NCBI RefSeq assembly: GCF_009914755.1
Contig: NC_060927.1
Origin: the human T2T-CHM13v2.0 reference genome, Homo sapiens
DNA: 64,000 bases
Direction: 5' to 3' (one strand)
Every line of letters starts with the position of its first letter. The stretch's first letter is position 1. This document shows positions 27,431-40,099 of this stretch, piece after piece. The notes below the pieces were generated by a model. It was not told the origin of the DNA. It worked only from the letters and a program-made list of their open reading frames with translations, and ran no database searches. A program made the translations under genes and the position numbers.

Positions 27431-27790
27431 TTTTTTTATTTTTATGGATTTAGAGGGTACATACACAGTTTTGTCACATGGCTATATTGCGAAGTGGTGA
27501 AGTTTGAGCTTTTATTGTACCAGCCACCCTAATAGTAAACATTGTACCCAGTGGACAATTTTTCATCCCTCATCCCTCTCCCACCCTTCAATTTTTTGAA
27601 CTCTACAATGTCTATTATTCTACTCTATATGTCTATGTGTGCCTTTTGTTTAGTTCCCACTTATACATGGGAATACGTGGTATTTGACTTTCTGAGTTAT
27701 TTCACTTAAGATGATAGCCTCCAGTTCCATTCAGGTTGCTGAAAAACAATAATTTTGTTCTTTTTATGACTAAGTAGTATTGTTATATAT
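27431..27790 (-). mobile_element. L1PB/L1MA 3' fragment followed by (TA)n/(TG)n
   Basis: gagggtacatacacagttttgtcacatgg...cacttaagatgatagcctccagttccat. Confidence 0.85.
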
Positions 27791-27929
27791 ATATGTGTGT
27801 GTATATATATATATGAATGAATATATATATATATAAAAGCTTCTCATTCCATCTGTCTTAAACTAGATATATGGGAAGTCTTCCTAAAGATATGTGTGGT
27901 GTTGTATTTCAATATCAGTTTATAGGTTG

Positions 27930-28195
27930 ATAATAATAGCTTATATACATACACAACACTTTGATCATAGTAGACGTGATGGCAAACCTTCTTAAGGTTT
28001 TAAGTATATTAATCTTTTTAATTCTCAGAACAACCCTACCAGGTAAGTACTATTATTATATCCTTGTTAGTAATGAGAAAATGGAGGCATATAAAGTTAA
28101 GTAACATGACAGCTATTAGCAAGCTAGGAAACAGTGGAGTGAGGATAGGAAGCCATGCATTCTGGCTTTAGAATCCATATGCTTAATAATCACAT
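27930..28195 (-). mobile_element. MIR SINE
   Basis: ttaattctcagaacaaccctaccaggtaagtactattatt...gagaaaatggaggcatataaagttaagtaac. Confidence 0.75.
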
Positions 28196-28762
28196 GAGGC
28201 CTAATTATTGTTTAGCACATATTTGTTGAGCTGACATGAAGCTTGAATAGCAAATTCTGTGTATGAAAATGGATTTGAAAGGTTAAATATAAGATGGAAA
28301 ATAATGGCACTGATGTTTTAGAGTTAAAGGTTAAAACATTTATAAAATAAATGTTATTGGTTATCTATTTAAGTCCTATGGAATCTTGAAAGTCTAAAGC
28401 CCTTTTTACATCCCTGTGCAGTGTGGGATTAGGGTAAAGAAAAACTTTGAAAATATAGATGGAAAAGGCATTTATGGTACTAATAAAATGTAACATGCTT
28501 AAGACAACTAAAAAAAGTATTAAGAAATGAAGAATGAACTTTAATGAAATAAAAATTCAATTAATTAGTTTGTAAAACTGAAATCTTTGTTATTTTGAAA
28601 GGTCTGTTAATCATAAAAATACTGTGCTTAAATCTTCCTTACTTTAGCAAACAGGAAAACTTTATTTTTTTCTCTTTTCAATCTTAATCTAGTTCCTCTA
28701 CCTCTGAAAACTATCACTAAAGAAGGAGACTGTTGATTTTTTCAAAATTTTGGCCTGCCTAG

Positions 28763-29248
28763 TGTTAATGGTTTTATTTTGTCTTCCAAAATGATACGTT
28801 GAAGTCCTGACCCCCAATACCTTAAAATGTTACCATATTTGGAAAGATGGTCTTGCAGATGGAATTAGTTCAGATGAGATCATGCTGGAGAAGGAGGGAC
28901 CCTTATTCCAATATGACTGGTGTCATTATATTAATAGGAGGAACATGACAGAGGGCAGAGGACCATGTTAAGACACAGGGACACACAGGGGGACGTCATG
29001 TGAGAACAGAGGCAGAGATTAGAGTGGTGCAGCTGCCAGCCAAGAAACACCAAGCATTGATGGCTACCAGCAGAAGCTAGGAAGAGTCAAGGAAGGATTC
29101 TTTCTACTCAGACTCTCTCTGGAGCATTGCCTTGTTGATACAATGATATTGAGCTTCTGGCCTCCAGAAATATGGGAGAATAAATTTCTCCCATATTAAG
29201 CCACCTGGATGTTTCACTTTGTGAGGGCAGCCCTAGGAAATGAAGACG
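28763..29248 (+). mobile_element. MLT1C-like MaLR solo LTR
   Basis: gttgaagtcctgacccccaatacct...gaggcagagattagagtg...gcagccctaggaaa. Confidence 0.85.
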
Positions 29249-31389
29249 CCTGGCATTGTCTCACACTCCTGGAGACTCTTGTTTTCAGGCCAGCCAGTGC
29301 CAGAATTTTCTCCATCTGTGGGCTTTCTATTTCTGCCCATTACGATTACACAGGAAAAGCCCCCTTTGAAACTGTATAGTAGTTTTCATCACACAGGAGG
29401 TTTGAGTCATCTTCTCTCATTATGATTCAAAATATAGCTGTCCTGAAGAGACCCTCCATGAGACTCTACTCTGCTGTTACCTTTCCTGCCTCCACCCAAA
29501 AGGGCAGGGAGATGAGCCTTCTCCAGCTGGAATACAAGCTATAAAGCTGCATGAGGGCAGCGACTCTCTCTCTCTCTTTCTCTCTCCCTGTCTCTCTCTC
29601 TCTTTAATCAAATCAAGTAATGTATAAATGATCTGTTAAAAATAGAAGGTCCTCACTGAATATTGAGCTTCCTAAGATGTCTAAATCTGCACACTTCTCA
29701 GAATGGGCACAGATAATTAGCCACAATGACCCCATCTACATCCTGAGTCATTTTGGAAGAGTAGACTCTCGACTCCACCCAACCTCATCCCACTCTTAAA
29801 CTTTACTCTGAGCTAATAAGTCACCAGTGGCCTCCCCTTCTATCCAACCGTAACTGAATTATTTCTAGCTTTCTTTGCCTTTGCTTCCCTTATTCATCAC
29901 AGCCCCACAGATATAATTGCATTTCCTCTTTTTTCCAGATATTTTCCTATCTCTTAGGAGTCCTTTTTTTTCATAGATTGGGCTGGAGAAAAATGTTTTG
30001 ACTATTCTATATCTTGAACTCCAAAGTGATTTTTTTCTATTTGATTTAGGAGTTTGGCAAAACATAGTACTATTATTATCATGGGCATCTTGTCAAAATT
30101 TCAGAATGCACTAATGTTCTTATATTGAAATACAAATAACCTAGTCATATTTTTTCTACTCCTACCTTCTTTTTATATCTGGTAGAACCTCCTATAACTG
30201 AATAATATTATCAATTATCCTTGGGTTTTTAGGCTTATTCATCTGTTTATTTTTAATTTGGTGAGAAAGCATCTACCATGTTGTTTTCTGTCTGTAGGTA
30301 ATATATCTGTTGAATTATAGTGAAACTGTGGATATAAAATTTAAATGTACTATGTTTAAGAGTGTAATTTGTCTTTCAGAAGAAATCTTCACTGTAGACA
30401 ATGTTTTGGAGGTTCAATCCCTCCTTTACTTAGAAAAATTCAAATCAGATTATTCTTAGCCCAGAAGCAAGAGATCATTCTCAAATGATTTTTAAATATA
30501 ATAAAATTATGTGATTGAGATTTTATAATTTTTGCACATCTATGTTTTTCTAATTTTATAATGAAAATGCTATAATTTCATAAAGCAGTATTTATATGGT
30601 TCTATTTTTGATTTAGCAGGCAAAATCATTAAATATCACTGAAAATTCTAAAATGTAAATCAATTCTTTTTCTAAATGATATAATACTTTAAAAATAAAT
30701 TTTCAATAGGCAGTGATTGATTGATTGAGGAAATTTCCTGTTGAATAAATATATGTTCAGCATGAATCGGTTGACACAATTAGCTTTTATTAACCACTAG
30801 TGGAGTAATTTCTGCAAATAAATACAGTGACATATGTCTTCCAGGTTGCTATATTTATAGACTTAAAGAATGAGAGATAAGAAGATGAGAAATAAAAAAT
30901 TTTGTTTATTCTTGATACAAAAACAACGTTAATCATTAAAGACTTATGTAATTATTCTTCATTATATCTAAAAAATGGATGTGAGGAAAAGGTTGTAGGA
31001 AAGATTAACAGAGGCCCAAAGCAGCTGAATTCTAAACATGGGCCTCCCAATTATTTCTAAAATAATGGTGGATAAGTTCAATTACTATAAAAATCTGAAT
31101 ATTAATTTAAAATTAAGAAAAAATATCAAGCTGATTATACTGAGATTTTCTTGAAGACAGAGGTCTTTATCCTTGTACCTTTACCACTTTCATTAAAAGG
31201 ACCCAGGAAGCTTTGCAGAGAGACTTTTAGCAACAGATGTGTGAGCAGACTCTGAGTAACAGCCCATTACATATATCTCATCTGCAAAATTATGTCATAC
31301 AATCGAACTTAAAAGGAATTAATATATTGAGTCATAGGAATATCGGAGTACTTGAAGTTTAAAATTGTATTTTCCATCATTTTAGTGAT

Positions 31390-32002
31390 GAAGAGAACCA
31401 AACTCATCCTACCTATCTGTGGTAGCTGCCCCACTCTCATAATAAAGGATTTAATGCACTTATAAGGCCAGAACCCTCATAATATAGATTGGATGTTTTG
31501 CCTTCCAAAACCTCATGTTGAAATGTAACCCCCAACGTTGGAGGTGGGACCTCATGGGAGGAGTTTGGGTCTTGAGGATGGATCCCTCATAAATGGCTTG
31601 GCGCACTCCCTGTGGTAATGAGTGAGCTCTCACTCTATTAGTTCATGTGAGAGCTGTGTTTAGAAAAAGGCTGGCCCCTCTTCCTCTCTTTCTTGCCCCC
31701 TCTCTTGCCATGTGACACACCTGCTCCCCCTTTGGCTTCTGCCATAAGTAAAAGCTTCCTGAGGCCTCACCAGAGCCGAGCAGATGCTGGTACCATGCTG
31801 GTACAACCTGAAGAACCATGAACAAAATAAAGCTCCTTTCCTTTTAAATTATCTAGTCTCAGGCATTCCTTTATAGCAATAGAAAATGGAACAACATACC
31901 TCATGACCTAATCACCTCTTAAAGTCCCACCTTTCATCACTGTCGCGTTGTGAATTGAGTTTCCAACACATGAACTTTGGGAGACACATTCAAGCCACAG
32001 CA
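31390..32002 (-). mobile_element. MSTC/MLT1A-like MaLR LTR fragment (host of a nested MST)
   Basis: cctcatgacctaatcacctcttaaagtcccacct...tttccaacacatgaactttgggagacacattcaagccacagca. Confidence 0.75.
31480..31898 (+). mobile_element. MSTB-like MaLR solo LTR
   Basis: ctcatgttgaaatgtaacccccaacgttggaggtggg...aagcttcctgaggcctcaccaga. Perfect 5-bp TSD cctca at 31475-31479 and 31899-31903. Confidence 0.9.
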
Positions 32003-32289
32003 CAGATGAAATTATCTTGGAGCCCAAGTACTCTGTGAATATCTAAACTTTAAGTGTTCGGTGGCTTTTCATGAAATTAATTTCTTGGGTATCACTAATG
32101 GAATAAATTGATTCTATCCAAGAAAGACTAGAGTCACAAGTTTGTGATCATTAGCTGCAAACTCTCAATAAAGGAGTAATATTAAATAAAAAAATTATTC
32201 ATAATAGCAAGAACATTAACATCAAATAATATTTTAATGGCTGCCTAGAATGTCAATATTATTTATATGCATTATTTATTTATATGCCT

Positions 32290-32470
32290 TATTTCATGTA
32301 CTTTACAGAAGGCCCTGATATAATTATTATCATTATCTTTAAAGATGAAGAAATTGAACATTAAAGTGGTTATGTAATGTTCCCAATATCACCCACCTAG
32401 TAAGAGATCAAGCTGAAGTTAAGACTCATATACATCAGACTTTGGAGCCCACATACTTTTCACTTTATTA
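32290..32470 (-). mobile_element. MIR SINE
   Basis: agatgaagaaattgaacattaaagtggttatgtaatgttcccaatatcacccacctagtaag. Confidence 0.7.
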
Positions 32471-32603
32471 CCCTAAGAACTCACAAATTAGTTTATGATT
32501 AGTAAAGGACATGTTTATTGAAAACTCAGAAAAATAATTTCTCTGACAGTATCAAGTTTTACAAAACACTGATCATTTGTTGGTGCTACTGCAGATACTG
32601 AAG

Positions 32604-32650
32604 TATCACTTTTAATGGTAAAAAGTGCAATCACTTTTCCACCAACCTAA
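32604..32650. mobile_element. MADE1 (Hsmar1 MITE), right half
   Basis: acttttaatggtaaaaagtgcaatcacttttccaccaacctaa followed by TA matches one Hsmar1 TIR plus the central spacer. Confidence 0.85.
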
Positions 32651-33184
32651 TACTAAATGCAAATTGTCTTGGGCACTCAGAAGGTGAGATTGCTCTTGAA
32701 TGGGCATTTCTTTCATGTGGCTGATTAAGATGACTCTCTGTTAAGTGAGGTTAGAATTTATGATAGTTCCGGGATTTCATTCCAATGGATTTTAAACAAC
32801 TTTAAACAAGATTTAAACAATTTTAAACAAGATCTTTAACAGATGTTCTTATGGTTAGAACTCAACTTCGCATAAATCACTGTAAGATCCAAAGGAAAAG
32901 AACACTAAGTTTGAACTAAGATACCTTCTCAGAACTGATACTAGTGGGGCAATTTTAGTCTATTAACCCCAAACTCCCAACATCAGCATTTCTACTTCTA
33001 ATAAATTCCCCTTTTTTGCATCACCATAGGCACCAATTCGAATTAAAAAATGAATGTGGCAACAGCAGATATGATCCAATCAGATCCACTTTGCGTAATA
33101 CAATGAGTTATGATTTTAAATAATTTCTAGCATTTTAATTATGTGAAAATTTTCATCCTCAGCACCATGGGAGGTGCCTCAAAT

Positions 33185-33410
33185 AGAATCTGTAAGTAAA
33201 GATTTGGATTCAAATCCAGGCTTTACTGTTTACTAGCTGTGTGAGTTGGGAAATCCATGCTTTCATCTCAGTCCAAGCTGCTTGGTATGTAAAACTAATT
33301 TAAAAATAGATTCTTCCATATGATTATTATGAGATACAAGTATAGTCACATAGGTAAAGTATTTAGCAAAGTGAATATGCACATGAACATTATTAATAAT
33401 AGTATATCTA
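33185..33410 (+). mobile_element. MIR SINE
   Basis: ttggattcaaatccaggctttactgtttactagctgtgtgagttggg. Confidence 0.7.
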
Positions 33411-33829
33411 GCATTGTTAGGAAATTTTTTTAAAAAATTAAATAAACAAACATCAATTGTTTTCTCAATGTTTCTTTGGAGCATTAGCCATAAGAAGCAG
33501 CAAAATGAATTTCAACATTTCTGCTCTTGTTTCTTTTAATTTAGCCATATGGACATCTTTCTGTACCTAAATTTCAGCAGCTATAGATGATGACAGCCAA
33601 TCTCTTTGAGGTTCCCCCAAGGACACTGACAATGGATTTCAAATGTGCTATGCCACATAGATTTCAAATTATGCCATCCTAAATGCCTTCATGTTTGTTG
33701 GAAACTCACAAAATTTAATGCAGACATTTTAAAGATCATGTATGTCTATTCCAATTAAATGAAAACACTATTAACTGGTTTTAACCAAAGTTCAACATAT
33801 CAGTATTGTTAGAACCAGGTCTAGATTTT

Positions 33830-34060
33830 AGAGAGGTAGTCTAGCATGGACTCTAGAGCTGACAGCTTTTATTAAAATCCTGACTCTTCCCCTCATTTAG
33901 TATAAGATCTTGGACAAGTTTGTCAACCTGTATGTGCTTATATTCCCTTAGGTAATGCCTCAAAAGAGTGTCCATGGTTAAATGAGTAGATCTTCTATTA
34001 CATGTATACCACAAAAGTGTCAGGTGCAATGCAAGCACTATGTGCATGTTGGCTGTTATT
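33830..34060 (+). mobile_element. MIR SINE
   Basis: ggactctagagctgacag...aaatcctgactctt...atcttggacaagttt. Confidence 0.65.
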
Positions 34061-35419
34061 TTCGAGCTTCAATTAAGTATTCTTTTCATCCCCTCTCCTA
34101 TGGATATCCTTAACGGAATCCTCAGTCAGACGTAGAATAAATTAACATATGTAACTGTTCTAGTCACCCTGCTATACCATTTCTGCATGTAATTCTATTG
34201 AATATTAGCGAAGCACTTCAGAGATACTAATGCCCACATTTTGCTAGTGTAGATGTAGAAGGTTAGAGACAGGAGGAGAACCGAGATGCTTTCAGTTGCT
34301 AAGTTTATTCTAGTTTTGGTGACAGAATTTAAGTCTTGCTGTGTAGGAGATATTAAACATCACTGTTTCTACAGTGTTTCAGTCTTTCAGCTATTAATCC
34401 TTCTGTTACCAGAGTCAAGGACTCACAAATAATATGCTGGCATTTTATCTTAAATTTATTTGATGCTACAGACATTTGAGCAATATCCATGAATTAAACT
34501 ACTTTTGCAGGTGTTATACTGTTGTCAGCCAGAAGTTTCCACCAAGCTTTGTGTGAGCACAGGTGAGCACAGACACTTTCCTCACCCTTAATTTAGCTGC
34601 ATATTTTTTTACTTGAGTAAAACCTTAAAAAGCAGAAGCTTTTCTTGCAATGTGAAATGTTTTCCATCAAGACATTACTCTAGCTAGTAGATTTCTTCTC
34701 TAAGCCTCTGCAGTTTATCCCAGTATTCAAAAAACTGAAGAAATAGATTATGGAATATTATGAGCTAACGAATCACTTTAAAATGTTGCTTTCAGTTACA
34801 GCTTCATCATAAAGTTTGATAATAATTGGCTATTAGCCAAGACACTTTTTAAAACATTCTAATGTAGAGTAGAAATATAGGTAGGTGTTAATGGTGTTGG
34901 AATGAATTCCTAAACCATATAAAGAAGCTCCACAGGTAAGATGTGTTGTCAGAACACATTTCATGTAGAGTGAAATGCATTCTGGAAAATATCTGCTTGT
35001 TCATAGCTTCATTTGTCATGATAATATTGCCACACTATTTTCTCATCCATTATTGTGGCTATTTTCACAAACAGTGAAGCTGAAGGAACTGATTAAATTG
35101 ACCTCTTTTAAGTCTGACCTTAATCTATTTGAGAATATATAAAATCTATTTAACTCAACTCAAATAAAACCTATACAGTGATTAACAGATTGTTTATAGT
35201 TACTGTTTCCAACAGAAATTATGAGACACCAAGTTTAACAAGAATGTCTCTGTGTATGTCAATGAAAATCAATCAGTAATGATTAATATACTTACGTAAA
35301 CTCCTCTGAGGGACAAGCACTTGGTTCCAATATCACATCAGTTCTTACTTCATGTGGAGAATTTTAGAATCTATAGTTGAGGTATTTTGTTTTCCTCTTC
35401 TGATAGTTTCATAATAGTC

Positions 35420-35700
35420 ATCATTTAACAAATATAAATACTGTGCTACGTTTTGGAATTTAACATAATCAAATTCTATGTTCCCTGCTCTTCCGAAGCT
35501 TACATTCTAGTGGGGGAGACAGATGTTGAATATAAAAGACACAAATGAATTTTAAACAAAAACTATCATATATGTTTTATAAGTTTCATAAATGTATTTG
35601 ATAAATCACTTTCACAGGAAAAGAGAGAACTGGCATCGTCTCAGTGGCCAGGGAAGGTTTATTTGAACCTGGAAGAAAGGTAGCAAGAAAGAGCAACATT
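35420..35700 (-). mobile_element. L2 3' fragment
   Basis: ttccctgctcttccgaagcttacattctagtgggggagacaga. Confidence 0.7.
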
Positions 35701-35718
35701 TTGCTTTCTATAAAACTA

Positions 35719-35913
35719 GATACAGGAAGGGGAACATCACACACCAGGGCCTGTAGTGGGGTGGGGTGAGGGGGAGGGATGGCATTAGGAGATATACCTA
35801 ATGGAAATGACGAGTTAATGGGTGCAGCACACCAACATGGCACATGTATACATATGTAACAAACCTGCACGTTGTGCACATGTACCCTAGAACTTAAAGT
35901 ATAATAAAACAAA
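35719..35913 (+). mobile_element. Short L1PA (PA4-6-like) 3' fragment
   Basis: acaggaaggggaacatcacacaccagggcc...gtgcacatgtaccctagaacttaaagtataataaaa. Confidence 0.93.
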
Positions 35914-37352
35914 GACACCAATTTGAAAAGAGAAAAAAAATAGATGAGTAAGAAAACTGACCACATTATTCTTCACTTTCTACTGACTACCAGGCACAAA
36001 TTGAGAGAGGGACACAGAGAGACAAGGTCAGTCTTAATTGTTGGCAAAATGAAATACTACTTGGAGCACTGCTCAGCAAACTTTATCAGTAATTTGCAGC
36101 CATGTGTCCAACTGTTATCTGTTAACACCCAAATTCATATACATACTTTGAAAATAGCTCACTAAAGCATTATCCTCATATTATTCTGATACTTAGTATG
36201 GAAAAGTCATAAGGTCATGTACTGTTTCTCCAAATGAGGGAGGGTTGATTAACATATGATGGAGATGAGATTCTCAGATTCTTTCCCTTCAAAAGTGTTA
36301 ACATGAGAAGCATAGTAAAAACACCAAGGATTGTGGCAGAACCTCCGTTATTATTGGATCGCACTTGGCTCAGACAGATATGTGACACACAAGAAGAATA
36401 TAGTAAAGAAGGGAATATTCCATTTATTCATTTCTGGGAAGTTATTTTGCTTGTTTCTCTTAACTTTTCCACATATAGACTGTATATGTTTCTGAAAAAT
36501 GTGAATCTTTTCTAATCTTAGCAATTTATGATTTCCTTCAAGAGATGTCAAGTACAAATATTAGTGCTACTATTATCATGAACACTTCTAGTACTACCAT
36601 CAGTAATGGTATTAACAAAATGGGCACCGTTTAATTAAAATCTGTGCTGGTTTCTGTGCTGTTGAAGAATGTCAGGGCTCTTGGCTCTTTCACAATATAG
36701 GGAAAACTTTATGTTAGCAATGTTTTTCTTATAGAAAATCATCTAGCTGTAGGTAAAGATCTTCTTCAGTTGCTTTCTTTAAATGACTACTCTTGGGAAA
36801 TGAATGCAATATGAGGACATAGCAGATACAGAGAAAAATATTGTATATAAATTGTTTCTCATCATGTACACCTGAATGAAACGAGCTGTGTTAAATTGCT
36901 TATGTAAAGTAGGAAGGCTGTTTTTATTCATGAATAAATGGCATTTATAGCCTTGCTTTTCTAAAGTAATAGATGAATTCGCTGTTGGTTCATGCACCAA
37001 ATCAATTTTCGATGGGTGAAATGAACTGGTATTGCACTATTTATAATGGTGTGTTTTCTGTTCAATTCAAACAAAAACAGTAGAACATTATGTTCACTGT
37101 GAATAACTTTCGTAATTTTTTTTTACCATAGCTCACTTAGTTAACAAAAAACTCTTGATTTTATGGCCAGAATACCAGTGAGATTATGACTCACCCGAAG
37201 GTATCATGTCAGAATTACATTAATTAATAACATATTATAATTATTTAGTGGTCCAATAAAATATTAATGGTTTTATATAATTATTGATTTGATATTCTCA
37301 GGAATTCAGAGGCAAGCTTAGGGTTAACTTTCTTACAAGAAGTTGTACTTTT

Positions 37353-37415
37353 TCTTATACTTCTAGGGCACATGTACCCTAGAACTTAATATATAATAAA
37401 AATAAATAAATAAAA
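37353..37415 (+). mobile_element. 63-bp L1PA 3'-tip insertion with inverted duplication
   Basis: gcacatgtaccctagaacttaa followed by an A-rich tail. Perfect 16-bp TSD aagaagttgtactttt at 37337-37352 and 37416-37431. Confidence 0.88.
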
Positions 37416-37589
37416 AAGAAGTTGTACTTTTAACATTTGTGAAATGTCATATTATCATAGGAAAAAAATGACATTCAAAATAGGAACCTACTTTATTTTA
37501 CGCACATACACTCTGAGAATCTTGAGCAGGTCTCATCAGTCATAGAGTATTAGAACAGGAGTTTTCAAAGACTGACCACACATGACTTA

Positions 37590-37770
37590 CCTTTCTTGCT
37601 TTCCTTTCTCTCTCTCTCTCTCTCCCTCCCCTTCCTTCCCTTCCTTCCCTTCCCTTCCTTCCCTTCCTTCCCTCCCTCCCTTCCTTCCTTCCTTCCTTCC
37701 TTCCTTCCTTCCTTCCTTCCTTCCTTCCTCTCTCTTTCTTTCATTCTTTCTTTCTGTCTTCTTTCTTTTT
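37590..37770. repeat. Polypyrimidine (CT)n/(CCCTT)n/(TTCC)12 tract derived from an Alu tail
   Basis: Twelve consecutive ttcc at 37681-37728; the tract abuts the 3' end of a minus-strand Alu. Confidence 0.92.
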
Positions 37771-38053
37771 GACAGAGCCTCACTCTGTTGCCCAGCCTGG
37801 AGTGCGGTGGTATGATCTCGGCTTACTGCAACCTCTGCCTCCTGGGTTCAAGCCATTCTCCTGCTTCAGGCTCCTGAGTAGAGTAGCTGAGATTCCAGGC
37901 ATGCACCACCATGACTGGATAATTTTTGTATTTTTAGTAGAGACGGAATTTTGCCATGTTGGCCAGGCTGATCTTGAACTCCTGACCTCAGGTGATCCGC
38001 CCACCTCGGCCTTCCAAAGTGCTGGGATTACAGGCGTGAGCCACCACGCCTGG
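37767..38053 (-). mobile_element. AluSx-like SINE
   Basis: gacagagcctcactctgttgcccag...gacctcaggtgatccgcccacctcggcc...ccaccacgcctgg. Confidence 0.93.
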
Positions 38054-40099
38054 AGGCTTTTCTTCTTTTAATGTTAATCTTTATTGCTGTCAGATCACAG
38101 GTTGTGAGTGGTAGGGCAAGGTTCAAACTTATGTTTGCAGAATTTAGTAATACTTACTTACTCTACCATATAATCTGCTTATCCTGATATTAGGCACATG
38201 ACTGTTCTTTAATAAACATAACTGAGTTACTTCTGTTGGTTTCTGTATGGGCTACAGTACTGTATTTTTATACAGACTTTCATGTACTTTTAAATTCTCA
38301 TTTGAGATACTTAGTTTAATCAATGAATGGTTTAATGTCTCTTTCATCTCTAAGATTCCAAGATAACAAGGACCACTCTACTTTAAAGATCTTGCCACAT
38401 ATCAGTCATATAGAAAGTACTCCTTATATATTTGTTGGCCATCTAAGAATCTATTATTCAGTAATGCAATTGTAAAAGCAATGCCAGAAGAAAATTTACC
38501 AAGCTCAGATTCTACCCTTCTTTGAACCTCTCAAATTATCTTGTTCATATGAACCCCTGAAAAACTTCTATAAAAATTCTCCTAAGCTGTGTAAGGTATT
38601 GTTGTATAAGAGTTCCTTCTACAAATACAGAACAATACTTGCCTGCAATATAAATACTTACTGTCGAATATTATGTCTTATTTTTATCCCCTATAGTATC
38701 TACTAGATTGATAGCCACATAATAAATAATTAAAATTTTTTTGAGGAGTCTAATTGAAGGGAGCATAACAGCAATAGATGACATGGGCCAAGAATAAGAT
38801 GGAACATTTTATTATTAGACAAGATTTGTATTCCAAGGATGAAAGAGAGGCAATGAAATTATTGGGTCTCTAAAAGAGGAAAATGGTGGTTATACTACTA
38901 AGGGTCATGCATACCATTTAATGAGGACAGCAATTTCACAATCAGTCGAATAGAGTCCATATGGTAGAATTATTTTTCCAGTAGTAGCAATTTGGGAGAT
39001 TACTATCTTTGGCATATTGGCTAACATTTACCTTTCCTAGTTCAATTTTTAGGTTCAACATAATAAAGAAATATTATTGAGTAGTAAGGAGGGGGGAGGA
39101 AAATAATTGTCTAACTGTACATAGCAAAGCATCTGTGTGATTCATTTCCAAATTCTTTGTAATCAGGGAAAATAATTACAGTGCTCTCTCCTAAAATTGG
39201 TACAGGAATGATTATTAAGCAGATGTACAGCTATTTGTCACTGAGGTTAGACAATTTCATTTATAAGCTAAGTGTTTATGTAACAGTTCTGGATCAAACC
39301 TACACCATCTGTGTTGGTTAAAAAAGCTTATTTGGGACATGTGCTGCCTACAGTACTGAAACAATTCTTTTATTTCATTGACAATTGAGTATGTTGTTCT
39401 GTGTGATTGGATGCTGGCATTTTACTCTTCATTTACCCTGGAGAAAAACTCATCTGAATAGTTATTCTTTTTATCCACCTATAATTCACTGAAAGCCATA
39501 CTTCGCTCTGTGATGAATTATTTAAAACATTCATGCCATGAATACCAAGGTATGTGTCTTAACAGAATTCCAGAGCTAGAGAGTACCTTTGAGGCAGACA
39601 GTCTCTAAAATGTGCCTAAGTCTACAGCCAAATAGACTCTCTGAATTCAGATTTTTACTTGACTATTTAGATAGTATCTATGTAACGTGAAGATATTATT
39701 TAAATGCTCTATTCCTCAATGTATTTTCTTTTAAATTAGTCATGATACTTGTATTTACCCCATACAGTTGACATGAAGGTTAAACATGAATGCATGGAAA
39801 GCCTGCATTACATGCAAAAACACTGCATGCTCTACTGTAAGCCACACAAAAACACTAGTTGTTGTTTTGTAACTCAACTTCCTCATTTTACAGATGAAGA
39901 AAAAATGGCTCTAATGCTCTGAAAGGCATTGATGACTAATGTGGAAAGAAAAAATTTAGAGTCAGGCAAACATGAATGTTGATTCAGCTCCTTTATTTAT
40001 TTTCTCTGTGGCTATTAGGCTCTTGGACCTCAAATTTAACCAAATGTAAATAAGTGAAACAAGATCATATTCTCAGAAGGTGATTTGTGGATTGTGTCT

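Noticed and set aside
32790-32840. Four degenerate 10-bp tttaaacaa units
   Set aside because: Ordinary short slippage repeat; not CRISPR-like, with no unique spacers.
33159-33178. REST/RE1-like tcagcaccatgggaggtgcc
   Set aside because: The left half is perfect but the right half has four mismatches to GGACAGCGCC; too weak without ChIP data.
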